A DNA stretch of 63,989 nt, counting the filler, from Candidatus Babelota bacterium (GTDB lineage Bacteria; JAGOBX01), in the NCBI GenBank assembly GCA_017999075.1. It is 9 parts of 9 records of this genome, joined end to end, with 100 filler letters (N's around TTAATTAATTAA, not from the genome) between each part and the next. Parts side by side here need not be neighbours in the genome. Positions count along the whole stretch, not along the records: positions 36,702 to 43,858 come from JAGOBX010000176.1; positions 43,959 to 51,037 come from JAGOBX010000178.1; 7 more parts are not named here. One strand, given 5' to 3'. The translations under genes were made by a program, and so were the position numbers. Shown here piece after piece: positions 40,101 through 50,108 of this stretch (position 1 is the stretch's first letter; the number at the start of each line of letters is the position of its first letter). The notes under the pieces were generated by a model that had not been told where the DNA came from, made no database searches, and saw only the letters and a list, made by a program, of their open reading frames with translations.

Positions 40101-42464
40101 TTCTCCGACTGATTCCACATAATAAAATCCATTTGTATCAATATTTAATTCTGCAGAAAGACCTGTATTTGAAGGGACAGAAATTCCGTATTCTTTTATT
40201 TCAAGACATTCGTCAACTTCAACAATATTTCCTTTTTTTAAAATTATTCCTGTTCTGCCAGAAGTATTTCCAATTGCCTGAACTATTATGTTATATTTTC
40301 CTTTTTTAAAAAAATTATGAATAATAAAATTTCCATTATCAGCATTGCATTCAACTGCATATAATTCGTTTGACATCTTTGTTTTAATATAAGCTTTAAG
40401 TTTCAGCCTTCCAAAAGATTCAATATAATAAATTCCGGCATCTTCAACATTAAATTCAAAAGTTTTAAATTGATCATAATCCAAATCAAAAAACTTTTGT
40501 TCATTCAACTTTATTTTTTCAAACCCGTCGAATTTATTTTTTTTCAATTCATAAAGCCTGGAAATAATTTTTTCCAATTTTTGATTTTCCTCAGTTTCCG
40601 AAACAACACTCAAATTAAAATATTTTAATCCGTTTCCCTTGTTTTTCAATGTTAAAATCTTTCCGCGCTGTGAATCGTTTAATACACTATAATTTTCAAT
40701 TTTTTTACCTTCAATATAACAATCTATATTTTCCGAATCAGAAATAACAAGTTTAACATTATCAGGAAAAGTTAAAGATTTAATCTCTATCTGTTCATCA
40801 GGTCTTAAAACAACAGGCAGCGGATTATTAATATCAACAGGATATTTTTTTAAAACTATACCTTTATCTATTCTGTATTGCTTGTTTAAAAATAATTTAT
40901 AACTGTATGTTCCATTAAAAACCAATTCAACAAACTGAATATTTCTTTTAACCGCAAAATCTTCTATTTTTAATTTTTTAAAAATTTTAGTCATTAAAGT
41001 TTGTTTACTGACAGCTAACTTTATAATTCCTTTTTTTTCAGGTTTTAAAGAAAATACATAAATTCCTTTTTCAAGATGAAAATTTCTATTAGTTGTATTC
41101 CATTCAGGAGATTGATATCCTTCAGGTTTATTAATCAAAAATGGTTCAATCCTGCATTTTGCCGGAATTCCTTCTGATTTAACAGAGTATTCGCCTGCTT
41201 CCATTACTTCAAAAAAAATCGAATTTTCGCCTGTTAAATTAAATCTGCGCGACCATCCTGAATTTTCGTTTAATTCTATTAAGCTTTTCCCGATTATTTT
41301 CGAACGTTCTCCATCGCCAAGCTCAATAACAATTCCAGTAGCATCAATATTGTCCTGCGGATAACCGGAGTGAATAGTTGACAACCAATATGTTCCATCA
41401 TTGTATTTATCAGCCAAACTAATTTCATTATTATCGCATCTCGTAAAAACTTGTAAAATAAATTTTTCTTCAGGCAGTCCTGATACTCTAACAATCTTAA
41501 AATTTTCGTTTGAATTCGGAACAAAAATTTTACATTCAGGTTCTTTAGAATCTTTAGTAATTTGAGTTTTATAAGCAAAATTATTAAAATCAAACATTTT
41601 GTCCGAATAAAAATCCGAAACTTCCAATTTTAATTTTTTTTTATCCGCAATCTGAATTAAAAAAAAAGTGGCTTCAGCAGAACACAGGTATAAATTTTCT
41701 CCGGCATCAGATATAACATCTTCAAACCTCATATTGTTTCCTATTTTTCTAATTCCATATTTAATACAAACAGGATACTTATCTTCATCATTTGCCCAAA
41801 TTTCTTTTTCTCCGCCGTAAACAGTAAATAAATAATATCCTGCATTCAGTTGAGCTGTCATCGTAATATGTTTTAACGGTTGCCCTGTTTCAGTCAAAAC
41901 CTGCTTTTTATAAATGCGGCTATCGGCAAGCCATTCTCCTTCAAACCATAATTTACAATCATCTGCATTTCTGCCGTAACATTCAAAATAAACAATTTGA
42001 CTTTCCGGAATATATATCCAATATGACAGTTGTTCATTATCTTTCAAGGAAGTTTTTTTTACCGAATTTTTTATTATAAATTCATCTTGAATATTTTTTT
42101 CAATAGTAGGGATTATGCTTATTTTAAATTTCCCGATTCCTTTTTTCAAAGAATTTGTTATAATTTTATATTCACCGTAATCAAGCAGAAAATATCCTTT
42201 CCCGTCAGTTTTTCCGGTTTCTCCAAATGATTCTGAAACACCTGTAAGTTTATCTACTAATTTAAATGATGTTCCTTGTTTTTGTTCGCTTTCTATAGAA
42301 ATAAGATATCTGCCGGGTTTTCCTATATTCAAAATACACTCATTTTTACCTTTTGCTAAAAATTCTGTTTTATCAAATTTATATTGCTCATATCCGTAAA
42401 GTTTAAAGTAAAACATTGTCAAAATACCAAAACATATAATAATTTTTAAATAAAATTTTTTCAT
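37146..42464 (-). CDS. Large secreted protein with multiple PPC-like beta-sandwich domains
   Basis: Signal peptide; recurring units such as FNVEDAGIYYIESFG, GQTDVRAELFD...SDDNGNNWNF...LSSGKYKL and LKAGDYYIEI. Confidence 0.7.
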   Translation of the reverse strand: MKKFYLKIIICFGILTMFYFKLYGYEQYKFDKTEFLAKGKNECILNIGKPGRYLISIESEQKQGTSFKLVDKLTGVSESFGETGKTDGKGYFLLDYGEYKIITNSLKKGIGKFKISIIPTIEKNIQDEFIIKNSVKKTSLKDNEQLSYWIYIPESQIVYFECYGRNADDCKLWFEGEWLADSRIYKKQVLTETGQPLKHITMTAQLNAGYYLFTVYGGEKEIWANDEDKYPVCIKYGIRKIGNNMRFEDVISDAGENLYLCSAEATFFLIQIADKKKLKLEVSDFYSDKMFDFNNFAYKTQITKDSKEPECKIFVPNSNENFKIVRVSGLPEEKFILQVFTRCDNNEISLADKYNDGTYWLSTIHSGYPQDNIDATGIVIELGDGERSKIIGKSLIELNENSGWSRRFNLTGENSIFFEVMEAGEYSVKSEGIPAKCRIEPFLINKPEGYQSPEWNTTNRNFHLEKGIYVFSLKPEKKGIIKLAVSKQTLMTKIFKKLKIEDFAVKRNIQFVELVFNGTYSYKLFLNKQYRIDKGIVLKKYPVDINNPLPVVLRPDEQIEIKSLTFPDNVKLVISDSENIDCYIEGKKIENYSVLNDSQRGKILTLKNKGNGLKYFNLSVVSETEENQKLEKIISRLYELKKNKFDGFEKIKLNEQKFFDLDYDQFKTFEFNVEDAGIYYIESFGRLKLKAYIKTKMSNELYAVECNADNGNFIIHNFFKKGKYNIIVQAIGNTSGRTGIILKKGNIVEVDECLEIKEYGISVPSNTGLSAELNIDTNGFYYVESVGEKFFFENRIEDKNGWPVINVFKTPVIIELDQGIYKLISSPATAETYRLWKFFRYNIENNNIEGKGPHKILFGQKLKNIWIETEDINNRIPDKYEFNLPADAEITVKLTNYMRGVIKRKENMAVSGIIDKISGFKNVLRKGEYIIEVENSRLGNFLKYEIFLETTEIFDGITRTAELPSEFDLSIGEEGTYKIFSFGQTDVRAELFDEKNVRIAVSDDNGNNWNFMICKKLSSGKYKLKISRVISNENNSETENEYNVLPDRNFNDVWNVNQYGNYIVSDNRNYGKVSVMKIESDTLEKADYNFEYITEIYDKIKQFEFIASDDITCFKILSGKSLNFILENSEGMEIAAKTACDINLKILLVKGKKYKIKLWAFENISGKVSVKIDAVKIKKESELSENIGKPYKISGIESFLSNEVSSYLIKYLPSNGLELFYIDELEKPAEKITEIFTILNNKTVIIPEQNDSENNIEIQIDKFYLKEGKTQVSFYSGRPVVIDVPVETDFINSVKASSVSNKICAGIMIQEKEKNNEFNVKIQKLLISTNSSDFRNHENFTIFSKSGKLVLWNADNKISEELFINAELESNQIKKNNILLDIENNFNGICDTGAFMVFNGSYDKNIKFSIPRNCAVFSEKNGFIDEVFYNFCDKYENVSVKSFEKKIAVINLNRTQIYFTAVSEKFPDKIIINKFLTDSSGEIFNYNSRRIKLIFINSGTTTGKLNLTGNFEIISVLDASGKFLNDSAIIDLGKDISMNIKLNSGFFKFWISESENIFRRYGMVSITEEKLIPVSESREHIVKVKETGLLFKNDKPVFYKFYSAEPFVYKVSGTGYASKVCSEIFNSKLPVIFGSGEYKIFFKGFAENYINNIKIEKENIEIINDTYGVFTVINPGDIKCYSFNLLSEKIIGIGMESSDDFLECKLYDDKFNFINSGYHQINKLKAGDYYIEISLPHNMSYPVLFRPVIVGRFIPDNFEPAEYIKKYNLSNY

Positions 42465-42575
42465 AATATATTATCTCCCGAAACTTTTATTTACAATTAT
42501 TTTAATACTGCAATTATTTGATGCAACATTTTTTAAAAATTTTTATAAAGAAATTATTTTGCATCAATTTTATAA

Positions 42576-42603
42576 TTGACAAATAAATATTTTTATTTAG
42601 AAT
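42576..42603 (+). promoter_or_regulatory. Putative sigma70 promoter of the BtuF-like gene
   Basis: TTGACA (42576-81), 16 bp, TAGAAT (42598-603). Confidence 0.5.
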
Positions 42604-42665
42604 ATTGAAAAAATTTTAGAATTTTATCTGAATATTTTTAATTCTGCTGGCGGACTAATATAATA

Positions 42666-43571
42666 TTGAAAATTTCTTTTATTTATCTTATTTTATTATT
42701 TTTTTTTACAAACTGCGATAGCATAAATTTTAAAACAAGTATTCAAAAAAATAATAAAAAAAACATTTCATTAAACCAAAACAATTATACCCGCATTGTT
42801 TCCCTCGCGCCGAGTTTAACCGAAATAATGTTTGTTTTAAATGCCGATACTCAGCTTGCAGGAGTAACAGAATTTTGCGTTTATCCGCAAAAAGCTCTAT
42901 CAAAACCCAAAATCGGAGGTTATACAAACATCAATTTTGAACAGTTAGTTATAATTAAACCAGATTTAATACTTGCGCTTCCTATTCATCAGGACTATTT
43001 TAAAAAATTCAAACAATTAAATATCCCTTACAAATTATTTTCGGAAAAAAAAGTTTCCGATATAAGAAACAGCATTATAGAAATCGGGAGATTGCTCAAA
43101 AAAAATAACGAAACTGAAATTTTTTTAAAAACTTTCGATAATGAATTTAATGAAAAAATAAATCAAACGATTTTACAAAAATCTAAAATTCTTATAATAG
43201 TAGGCAGGGAATTCGGCCGCCTTAAAAATCCAGTATGCGCAGGAAAAATTTCGTTTTACAATGATCTGATAGAATTTGCCGGCGGAATAAATGCTGCGCC
43301 TGAATCTGTTACCGAATATAATTCCCTTAATTCTGAAAGCATCGTAAGTATGAACCCTGATATTATAATCGAAATATTCGCACCCCATTCAGGAATGACA
43401 GCTTATAAAGACGAAGATAAATTACGTAATGACTGGAAAATTTTTAAAAATGTCAATGCTGTAAAAAACGGTAGAATACACTATATAATAAAAGACTATG
43501 CTACAGTACCTGGACCGCGTATTTACTTGCTTTACAGAGATATAAAAAAAATTATTAATTTTAAACCCTGA
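42666..43571 (+). CDS. Cobalamin/iron-siderophore ABC substrate-binding lipoprotein (BtuF-like, helical backbone family)
   Basis: Lipobox-like FFTNC; RIVSLAPSLTE, GVTEFCVYP, KIGGY, NPDIII, AVKNGRI and PGPR. Confidence 0.85.
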   Translation: MKISFIYLILLFFFTNCDSINFKTSIQKNNKKNISLNQNNYTRIVSLAPSLTEIMFVLNADTQLAGVTEFCVYPQKALSKPKIGGYTNINFEQLVIIKPDLILALPIHQDYFKKFKQLNIPYKLFSEKKVSDIRNSIIEIGRLLKKNNETEIFLKTFDNEFNEKINQTILQKSKILIIVGREFGRLKNPVCAGKISFYNDLIEFAGGINAAPESVTEYNSLNSESIVSMNPDIIIEIFAPHSGMTAYKDEDKLRNDWKIFKNVNAVKNGRIHYIIKDYATVPGPRIYLLYRDIKKIINFKP

Positions 43572-43663
43572 AAAAATCCTTGTAAAAAGACACTTATTTT
43601 AAAATGTTATATTCCCCTGATTATCTATATTCTAAAATTCTACAATTTCAGAATAATCAGAAT

Positions 43664-43858
43664 TTATTCAAATTTTTTGAATAATGTTTTTTTCATAACC
43701 TTATCATATACCCACGTATATTTCAGTTTAAATCCGCCTGTTTCAGTTTCAATTATTATTTTTATAATTGAACTGGATGTTTTCAGATATCCGTCTATAA
43801 GATAAAAACTTTTTTTCTGTAATTCAGGAATAATCTTAGCCTTATCTGCAATATTTTT
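43664..43858 (-). CDS. 3' end of a hypothetical protein truncated by the contig end
   Basis: Open frame from the contig edge (KNIADKAKIIPEL...YTWVYDKVMKKTLFKKFE) to TAA at 43666-43664; not in the ORF track. Confidence 0.5.
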   Translation of the reverse strand, partial: KNIADKAKIIPELQKKSFYLIDGYLKTSSSIIKIIIETETGGFKLKYTWVYDKVMKKTLFKKFE

Positions 43859-43958
43859 NNNNNNNNNNNNNNNNNNNNNNNNNNNNNNNNNNNNNNNNNN
43901 NNTTAATTAATTAANNNNNNNNNNNNNNNNNNNNNNNNNNNNNNNNNNNNNNNNNNNN
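43859..43958. other. Artificial contig linker
   Basis: Same 100-bp spacer. Confidence 0.98.
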
Positions 43959-45166
43959 TTATATTCCAATATGGCTTCGCTTATTCCAACAGCAAGTTTT
44001 GTTTGATAGTTTTCATTTATAAGAAGTTTTTCTTCAGTTTCATTGGACAAAAAACCAAGTTCAACAAGAACTGAAGGCATAAACGCGTCTTTTAAAACAG
44101 CAAACCGTGCTTTTTTTATTCCTCTGTTTGAAGAAACTGAATATTCAAATAATTTTTGTTGAATTATTCCGGCAAAATCTATACTTTCATTTATATGATT
44201 TATTTGAGCAAGGTCTGTTGTTATAAAATCTATGGGATTGATTTTTCTTTTTGCATATTTGTACGATTCATTAATAGTGTTTTCAAGCAATCTTGCTGTT
44301 CGTTCTGTTTCATCATCCTCTGTCAAACTGAAATGGAAAGTTTCAAAACCCAACGCGCTTTTTACTCCTGAATTACAATGTATGCTTATAAATAAATCAC
44401 ATTTATTTTTGTTTGCAATTTGAGGTCTTTCATCAAGAAATAAAGTTTCATCAGAAGTCCTTGTCAATAGAACAGTTATATCTTTATTGGATTTTTCAAG
44501 CGTTTCTTTTAATTTTAAAGCTACGGCAAGAGTGATATCTTTTTCAACATAACGTTTTGAATATGACACTGCTCCTGCATCAAGCCCTCCATGACCTGCA
44601 TCAACAGCTATTTTTTTTATTTTAAAACCGCTTCGATTTTTTTTAATTTCCGGTAATTTTATTTGGCCGATCGACAATATTGTTTTTGCTATATCATCTT
44701 CGTATCTTACCGAATTATCCTGCTTTTTGTAGTATAAAGCGCTGTTTTCAAGTTTTATAATTGTTTTTTCAAAAAAGGATAATACTTCAAGAGGCAGATA
44801 AATTCCGCCTTCAACAAATAACATTGAATTTTCTATTTGCCGCAACCTGTTATTAACCATAGTTAAATTAGAATTCATCTGTATTTTCAGCAATGTTTGA
44901 TTATCAGTAAGTTCAAGGGATAAAGTGAATGGTTCCCAGATATATTTCATATTTAAAATTCTTGTAATGTCATTTAAGTTTAAAAATTTTGTTTTGTTAA
45001 ACTGAAGAGCAGGAATTTTTACTTCTGATAAATCAACTGAATTTACCATGGAATAAGAAATGTAGGTTTGAATTGCAGCATGTGAATTTGTAAAAAAAAA
45101 TAGAGATATTATAAATATAGTTGATAAATATATAAAAAAAATTTGTTTAAATGAGATTTTATTCAT
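43959..45166 (-). CDS. N-acetylmuramoyl-L-alanine amidase (Amidase_3, AmiA/B/C-like), 3' end at the contig break
   Basis: VDAGHGGLDAGA, EKDITL, FISIHCN and MPSVLVELGFLSN; signal peptide and N-terminal accessory domain. Confidence 0.9.
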
Positions 45167-45807
45167 AATTTGAGTATTTCAATTTTTTTTTCGGTTAATT
45201 TTATAATATTTTCTTTTTCAAGAGACTTTAAAACTCTGGATACTGTTTCCGGTATCGTTCCTATAAGAGATGCAAGATTTTGTTTTGTAATATTAAGTTC
45301 GAATTTATTAGATTGCAGTTCGTTGCATCTGCTTACAAAATATTTCAATAGTCTGTCGCGTACGCTTGAAAGCGCCAAATCCCCGATTTTTTGAGTAAAA
45401 TCGAATATTATAACAGCCAGTTTTGATAAAATATGCATACAAATTGAGTTGTCGCTATTTAATAATTTTATAAAATCATGTTTTGGAATAAATATTATTT
45501 CGCTTTTTTCCAATGCTTGAACATTAGCTGGATAAACAGCATTTTCAAGCAATACCGCAACTTCTGCTATAGCCTCTCCCGGTCCTGCAATTTTTAATAT
45601 GTATGTTTGGCCGGCATCAGATATTTTGTAAACCTTAAAAGAACCTGAGCCAACTATTATAACACCCTCTACTTTTTGTCCTTCAAAACATATAGAAGAA
45701 TCTTTGTCGACTTTTTTTATAACTGAAATTTCTGATATTTTAGTTATTGCCCGGCTGTCAATTTTATTAAACATATCAGAATTTTTTATATATAAATATT
45801 TTTGCAT
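45163..45807 (-). CDS. Crp/Fnr family transcriptional regulator
   Basis: cNMP-like domain (PGEAIAEV...YPANVQALE) and HTH LASLIGTIPETVSRVL; no N-terminal FNR cysteines. Confidence 0.9.
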   Translation of the reverse strand: MQKYLYIKNSDMFNKIDSRAITKISEISVIKKVDKDSSICFEGQKVEGVIIVGSGSFKVYKISDAGQTYILKIAGPGEAIAEVAVLLENAVYPANVQALEKSEIIFIPKHDFIKLLNSDNSICMHILSKLAVIIFDFTQKIGDLALSSVRDRLLKYFVSRCNELQSNKFELNITKQNLASLIGTIPETVSRVLKSLEKENIIKLTEKKIEILKL

Positions 45808-45879
45808 TTTCTTATAAATATTTTAATTTCAGATATTGATTTTATTTAATTATTTTTAATAAAAAATAATTTTTTAAGT

Positions 45880-48800
45880 TTATTCTCCGAATAAATTTAT
45901 TCCCTTCATTATATCTCTGAAAATTAGGTTGAACGCAATAGGATTTGAATTTTTAAACCTGCCGGTCAATAATTGTTTTGCATTTGAAATGAATGATTTG
46001 CCGTTTATATAATTAGATAATTTTATTTTTTGAAATTCTATAAAATCAATGTATTTTGAATCTTTGTCAGTTATTGTATTTAGAATATTATAAGCGTCTT
46101 TATAATTTCCCGATTCAATATGAGAATTGACAACCATTATTTTATAAGTGTTATTAAGTTCATTGATACCTATTATTTGCGACAATTCACAAATTTCTTT
46201 ATATTTTCCCAATTTATAATAAAGATATAATAATTTTTTTCTTCCTGCATTTTTTAATTGAGTGTCAGAATCATCCAATTCATTTATAAATTCAATCAGT
46301 AATTTTTCTGAAGCTGAATAATCACGTGATTTTATAAGGCTGCTTGCTTTGTTGTAATTTGTAAAATTTTTTTGAATTGAAGGAATATTTTCAAACTTTA
46401 CGGATGCATTGAATCCTATATATTTTGAGATGGAAACAGGCATATAATGATTTTTTGAAATTAACCAGAGTTCCTGATAACCCGGTAATGGATTAAGTAA
46501 TGTGAATTCTCCCTTTTCATTTATATTACCTATATTATCACTTATATTAGTGGTAATAAATGATTCTGAAGCAAATTTATCCGCTGAATTTTTAAGTTTG
46601 AAGGAACCTGAAACAAAACTTGAATTATCAAAATAATTTTCAAATATGTATTTGTATAATGTGGAATTTTCTCCGTATCTGTGGATACAGAATAATTGAT
46701 CTTCAGTAATTAACGGATCAATATAACTGTAACCTCCTTTCAAAAATGGAACTGTATTTTTATTATCATAAAACCATTCTAATATATTGCCGTTTTTAAT
46801 TGAATAAAAAAAACCTTGAAAATTGTCGAAATATAGGTCAGGCACTTCAGAAGATGATATTGCTTTTATATAATTAACGTAAAAATTATTTATTGGCATA
46901 GAATCAATTTTTGATGAAGATAAATTTTGAGGATATGTCAACTGATATAAATAGCCGTTTTGTTTATTATATTTTTCTGAAATAGAATCTCCGGCTGAAT
47001 CAAATTTGTTTATATCTGCAATGCTTTTTACTAAATTATTTTCGTTTATTCCAGTGTAAAAATTTATTTCGGCGGGTTCTGAGTTTTTTCGGAATTCATG
47101 AAAACCTGTTGTTTTTTGAGATTCGTTTGATTCTTGAGTTTTTGGCTGAAGTTGATTTTGTGAAAAAAAATTTGAATTCTGATTAGTGTTTATTTCTGAA
47201 TCGGTCAACATATATATTTGAGTTTCTGAAATAGGATATATAGATTTTATAATTTTGTTTTTTACCGAATAAATAACTTTATTTTTATTTTTTATAGAAC
47301 TGGATATGATTATGTTTTTATTGTCTTCTAAAAAACATAATGTGTTTCCATCAATCCAGAAAATGTTTGATAAAGAATTTTTTGTGGAATATAAAATATA
47401 ACTGTTTAATCCGTTTATATCAACTATTTTTATTCTGCGTGTTGATTTATCAATGGTTTCGGTTAATGCTATTAAATTTCCTGAGGGTGAAACTTTAATT
47501 TTTTCTATAGGATACGACGAAAAATAAATATCATCGATTCTATACCCTCCGCCTCTTATAATAACTGAAGAAATTTTATATTTTTTTGCCAGTTTGGTAT
47601 GTTTTAAAAAACCCGCGCAATATAAATTCTCCTGAAAATAATCAAATGATGATATATAAAAATTATTATCTGTTACAGGATATTTGAAAAAATTATTGAA
47701 ATTATTATTGTGAAAAATAAAAATTTCTGATGCGTGTTTGTCATATACAAATATATATTTTTGATGAATATAAATAAGTTCAGGAATTATATTGTCATTA
47801 GAAGAAACTATTTCTGAAATAAAAGTTCCGTCAATCCTGAATTTTTCAATTGTGTAATATGTTAAAAAATAAATATTTCCGTCATAATCGCAATGTTTTT
47901 TTGCAGTATTATATTTTTCGTAATATTGAGTCCATAAATCATTTTTTATGATTTTTTCCAGAACTCCGGTTTTTGAAAACATTTTTATTACAGGAACAAA
48001 ATTTTCAGGGTTTGAGTTATCAAAAAGATCTGTTTCGAGCGAGGACCAATAAAATTTTGCTCCATCTTTATCAACTCCGATGAATTTCAAATCTTCGGAA
48101 TTAATGTCAGATAATTCTGTTTTATCTTGTCCGTATTGTTTTTTTACAATACCTTGCTTTATGGAATATAATTCATTATCATATCCTAAATATAACATAG
48201 GAGATTCGAGATATTCTTTTATTTTCGGAGAAATATTGAATTGTTTGATTAAATCTGCGGCAAATAAATCAGTGTAATTTGAAAAACCGGGATTGTATAT
48301 TCTTATAATATCTGTTTTTCCTCCGGATAAATAAAGATTGGTTCCATCATAATAAATTTTTTCGATTCGGGACATAATATCAGGGGAATATTTTTCTTTC
48401 AATTTCTGAAGAACAGTTGTTGGTAAATATTTTTTTTTGAATTGAGTATTGCTTATAGGATAAAAATTCAGTAAATTCCCTGAAAAATCAAGTTCTCTTA
48501 CTTTATCCTGAAATTTATCGTCTTTAACCAATAAAGTATTATTCCCTGATAAAGTTACGAGAATATTAAACGGTTGCGATTCTTTAAAATAATATTTATG
48601 AGCGCTGTAATCTGAAAAAGAAACATCTAATTGTTTTATTAAATCAGGAGCATATGGAAATTTATCTATTAGAACTGCGTCATTATCATATTTGTAAATT
48701 AAACCTGAAGCGTTATCGGCTATAAATACAAATTTCTCGGAATTTACAGGTTCTGCAGGTAAAACAGGATAATCATTTTTTAGTTCAGAAGCTGAGCTTG

Positions 48801-48933
48801 ATATTTTTGCGGCAAGTTTTATTTCGTGCGCAGACAAATATTTATCTATAACATTTTGTTTAGAATATAATTCCGAATTGAAAATTGTTTGTAATAAAAA
48901 TATTATAATGAATAAGCTACTTTTTTGATTCAT
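45880..48933 (-). CDS. Large secreted beta-propeller / TPR protein
   Basis: Signal peptide; NHL/propeller-like repeats (DYDGNIYF, VSPSGNLIA), a beta-sandwich segment (INEKGEFTL...PGY) and helical TPR-like C-terminus. Confidence 0.6.
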   Translation of the reverse strand: MNQKSSLFIIIFLLQTIFNSELYSKQNVIDKYLSAHEIKLAAKISSSASELKNDYPVLPAEPVNSEKFVFIADNASGLIYKYDNDAVLIDKFPYAPDLIKQLDVSFSDYSAHKYYFKESQPFNILVTLSGNNTLLVKDDKFQDKVRELDFSGNLLNFYPISNTQFKKKYLPTTVLQKLKEKYSPDIMSRIEKIYYDGTNLYLSGGKTDIIRIYNPGFSNYTDLFAADLIKQFNISPKIKEYLESPMLYLGYDNELYSIKQGIVKKQYGQDKTELSDINSEDLKFIGVDKDGAKFYWSSLETDLFDNSNPENFVPVIKMFSKTGVLEKIIKNDLWTQYYEKYNTAKKHCDYDGNIYFLTYYTIEKFRIDGTFISEIVSSNDNIIPELIYIHQKYIFVYDKHASEIFIFHNNNFNNFFKYPVTDNNFYISSFDYFQENLYCAGFLKHTKLAKKYKISSVIIRGGGYRIDDIYFSSYPIEKIKVSPSGNLIALTETIDKSTRRIKIVDINGLNSYILYSTKNSLSNIFWIDGNTLCFLEDNKNIIISSSIKNKNKVIYSVKNKIIKSIYPISETQIYMLTDSEINTNQNSNFFSQNQLQPKTQESNESQKTTGFHEFRKNSEPAEINFYTGINENNLVKSIADINKFDSAGDSISEKYNKQNGYLYQLTYPQNLSSSKIDSMPINNFYVNYIKAISSSEVPDLYFDNFQGFFYSIKNGNILEWFYDNKNTVPFLKGGYSYIDPLITEDQLFCIHRYGENSTLYKYIFENYFDNSSFVSGSFKLKNSADKFASESFITTNISDNIGNINEKGEFTLLNPLPGYQELWLISKNHYMPVSISKYIGFNASVKFENIPSIQKNFTNYNKASSLIKSRDYSASEKLLIEFINELDDSDTQLKNAGRKKLLYLYYKLGKYKEICELSQIIGINELNNTYKIMVVNSHIESGNYKDAYNILNTITDKDSKYIDFIEFQKIKLSNYINGKSFISNAKQLLTGRFKNSNPIAFNLIFRDIMKGINLFGE

Positions 48934-49216
48934 CTATAATTTCCACCACCGTTCCATATCCGACTATAACAAAATCAAAGTTCGGCAATGTTAAATTTGA
49001 ATATATTATGTTTATTACTGCATTTCCATTAAAATGTCTTGCTGCAGAAACAAAATGAGTATTCATATTTGCATAAACTTCAGAAACTCTGAAGTTTGAC
49101 CATCCGCCTTTTATATTTTGCTCATTAACCTTGACTTCTACATGAGCTATGCCTTTTACCTCATAATTTTTATTGATGTTTCCCGTACTTAAAATTATTT
49201 TATTGTCTGTTTCCAT
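48917..49216 (-). CDS. YbjQ/UPF0145-like small protein
   Basis: ILSTGNINKNYEVKGI...ARHFNGNAVINI...VGYGTVV pattern. Confidence 0.65.
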   Translation of the reverse strand: METDNKIILSTGNINKNYEVKGIAHVEVKVNEQNIKGGWSNFRVSEVYANMNTHFVSAARHFNGNAVINIIYSNLTLPNFDFVIVGYGTVVEIIDESKK

Positions 49217-49238
49217 GTTTTTTTATTTTTGGGTTTGT

Positions 49239-50108
49239 TCAATCTATTGCAAGTTCAAGGAGAGTTTCAGCCTTTTTATATTCGGCATCGCAGTTTTCAA
49301 GAACATATCCCAAATCTTCCTGTTTTAACCCTAAAACTTCCCATATTTGTTTTGATGGATCTGGTATTAAATTATCTCCTCCAGACCCGAAACGCTTTAC
49401 TTTTGAGATTATGTCTGCAAAATGAACTATTGATATAAGCTTTCCTGAGTATTCGATATCATCGAAAGTTTCAGGAAATCCGTGATGATATAAAATAGTT
49501 TCAAATAAATTTTTAGGAAGACCCCATTTCATTGCAACTCTGCAACCTATAAATGAATGATCATAGCCAATCACACGTTTTTCTGATTCGCATAATGATA
49601 GATTGAATGAAGCGGATAATCTGATTATATCTTCGAATTCATTTGGAAAAAATTTATCTTCAACAACTTTTCCGATATCGTGTATAAGACCGCAGACAAA
49701 TGAAACACTGATCATATTAACTAATCCAAGCCTCTGCGCAAGCATTTTTGATATTACAGCGCATCCGATTGAATGAGCCCAGAAACGTTCTCTGCTGAAC
49801 AAACCTTTTTCATTTTTTAACGCGTCAAAAACAGATAATGTGAATATTATGTTTTTTATTTTATCAAAACCCAAAAGAGGAACAGCCTGATTTACAGAAG
49901 TTACTCTGTTAGATAGTCCGAAATAAGCTGAATTCACCAGTTTAAGTATTTTCATTGTTATTGACTGGTCATTTTTAATTATATCAGAAACCTTTTTGGC
50001 ATCGGATTTTTCATCATTTAAAGTACTCATAAGTTGAGATACAACTATTGGTATCGTTGGTAAATCTTTTACAGCAGACAATATTTTATCAAGATTTTGC
50101 CTGTCCAT
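49239..50108 (-). CDS. HDOD domain protein
   Basis: LPTIP, DQSITMKILKLVNSAYFG, FWAHS, GLIHDIGK, DHSFIG and WGLP. Confidence 0.93.
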   Translation of the reverse strand: MDRQNLDKILSAVKDLPTIPIVVSQLMSTLNDEKSDAKKVSDIIKNDQSITMKILKLVNSAYFGLSNRVTSVNQAVPLLGFDKIKNIIFTLSVFDALKNEKGLFSRERFWAHSIGCAVISKMLAQRLGLVNMISVSFVCGLIHDIGKVVEDKFFPNEFEDIIRLSASFNLSLCESEKRVIGYDHSFIGCRVAMKWGLPKNLFETILYHHGFPETFDDIEYSGKLISIVHFADIISKVKRFGSGGDNLIPDPSKQIWEVLGLKQEDLGYVLENCDAEYKKAETLLELAID

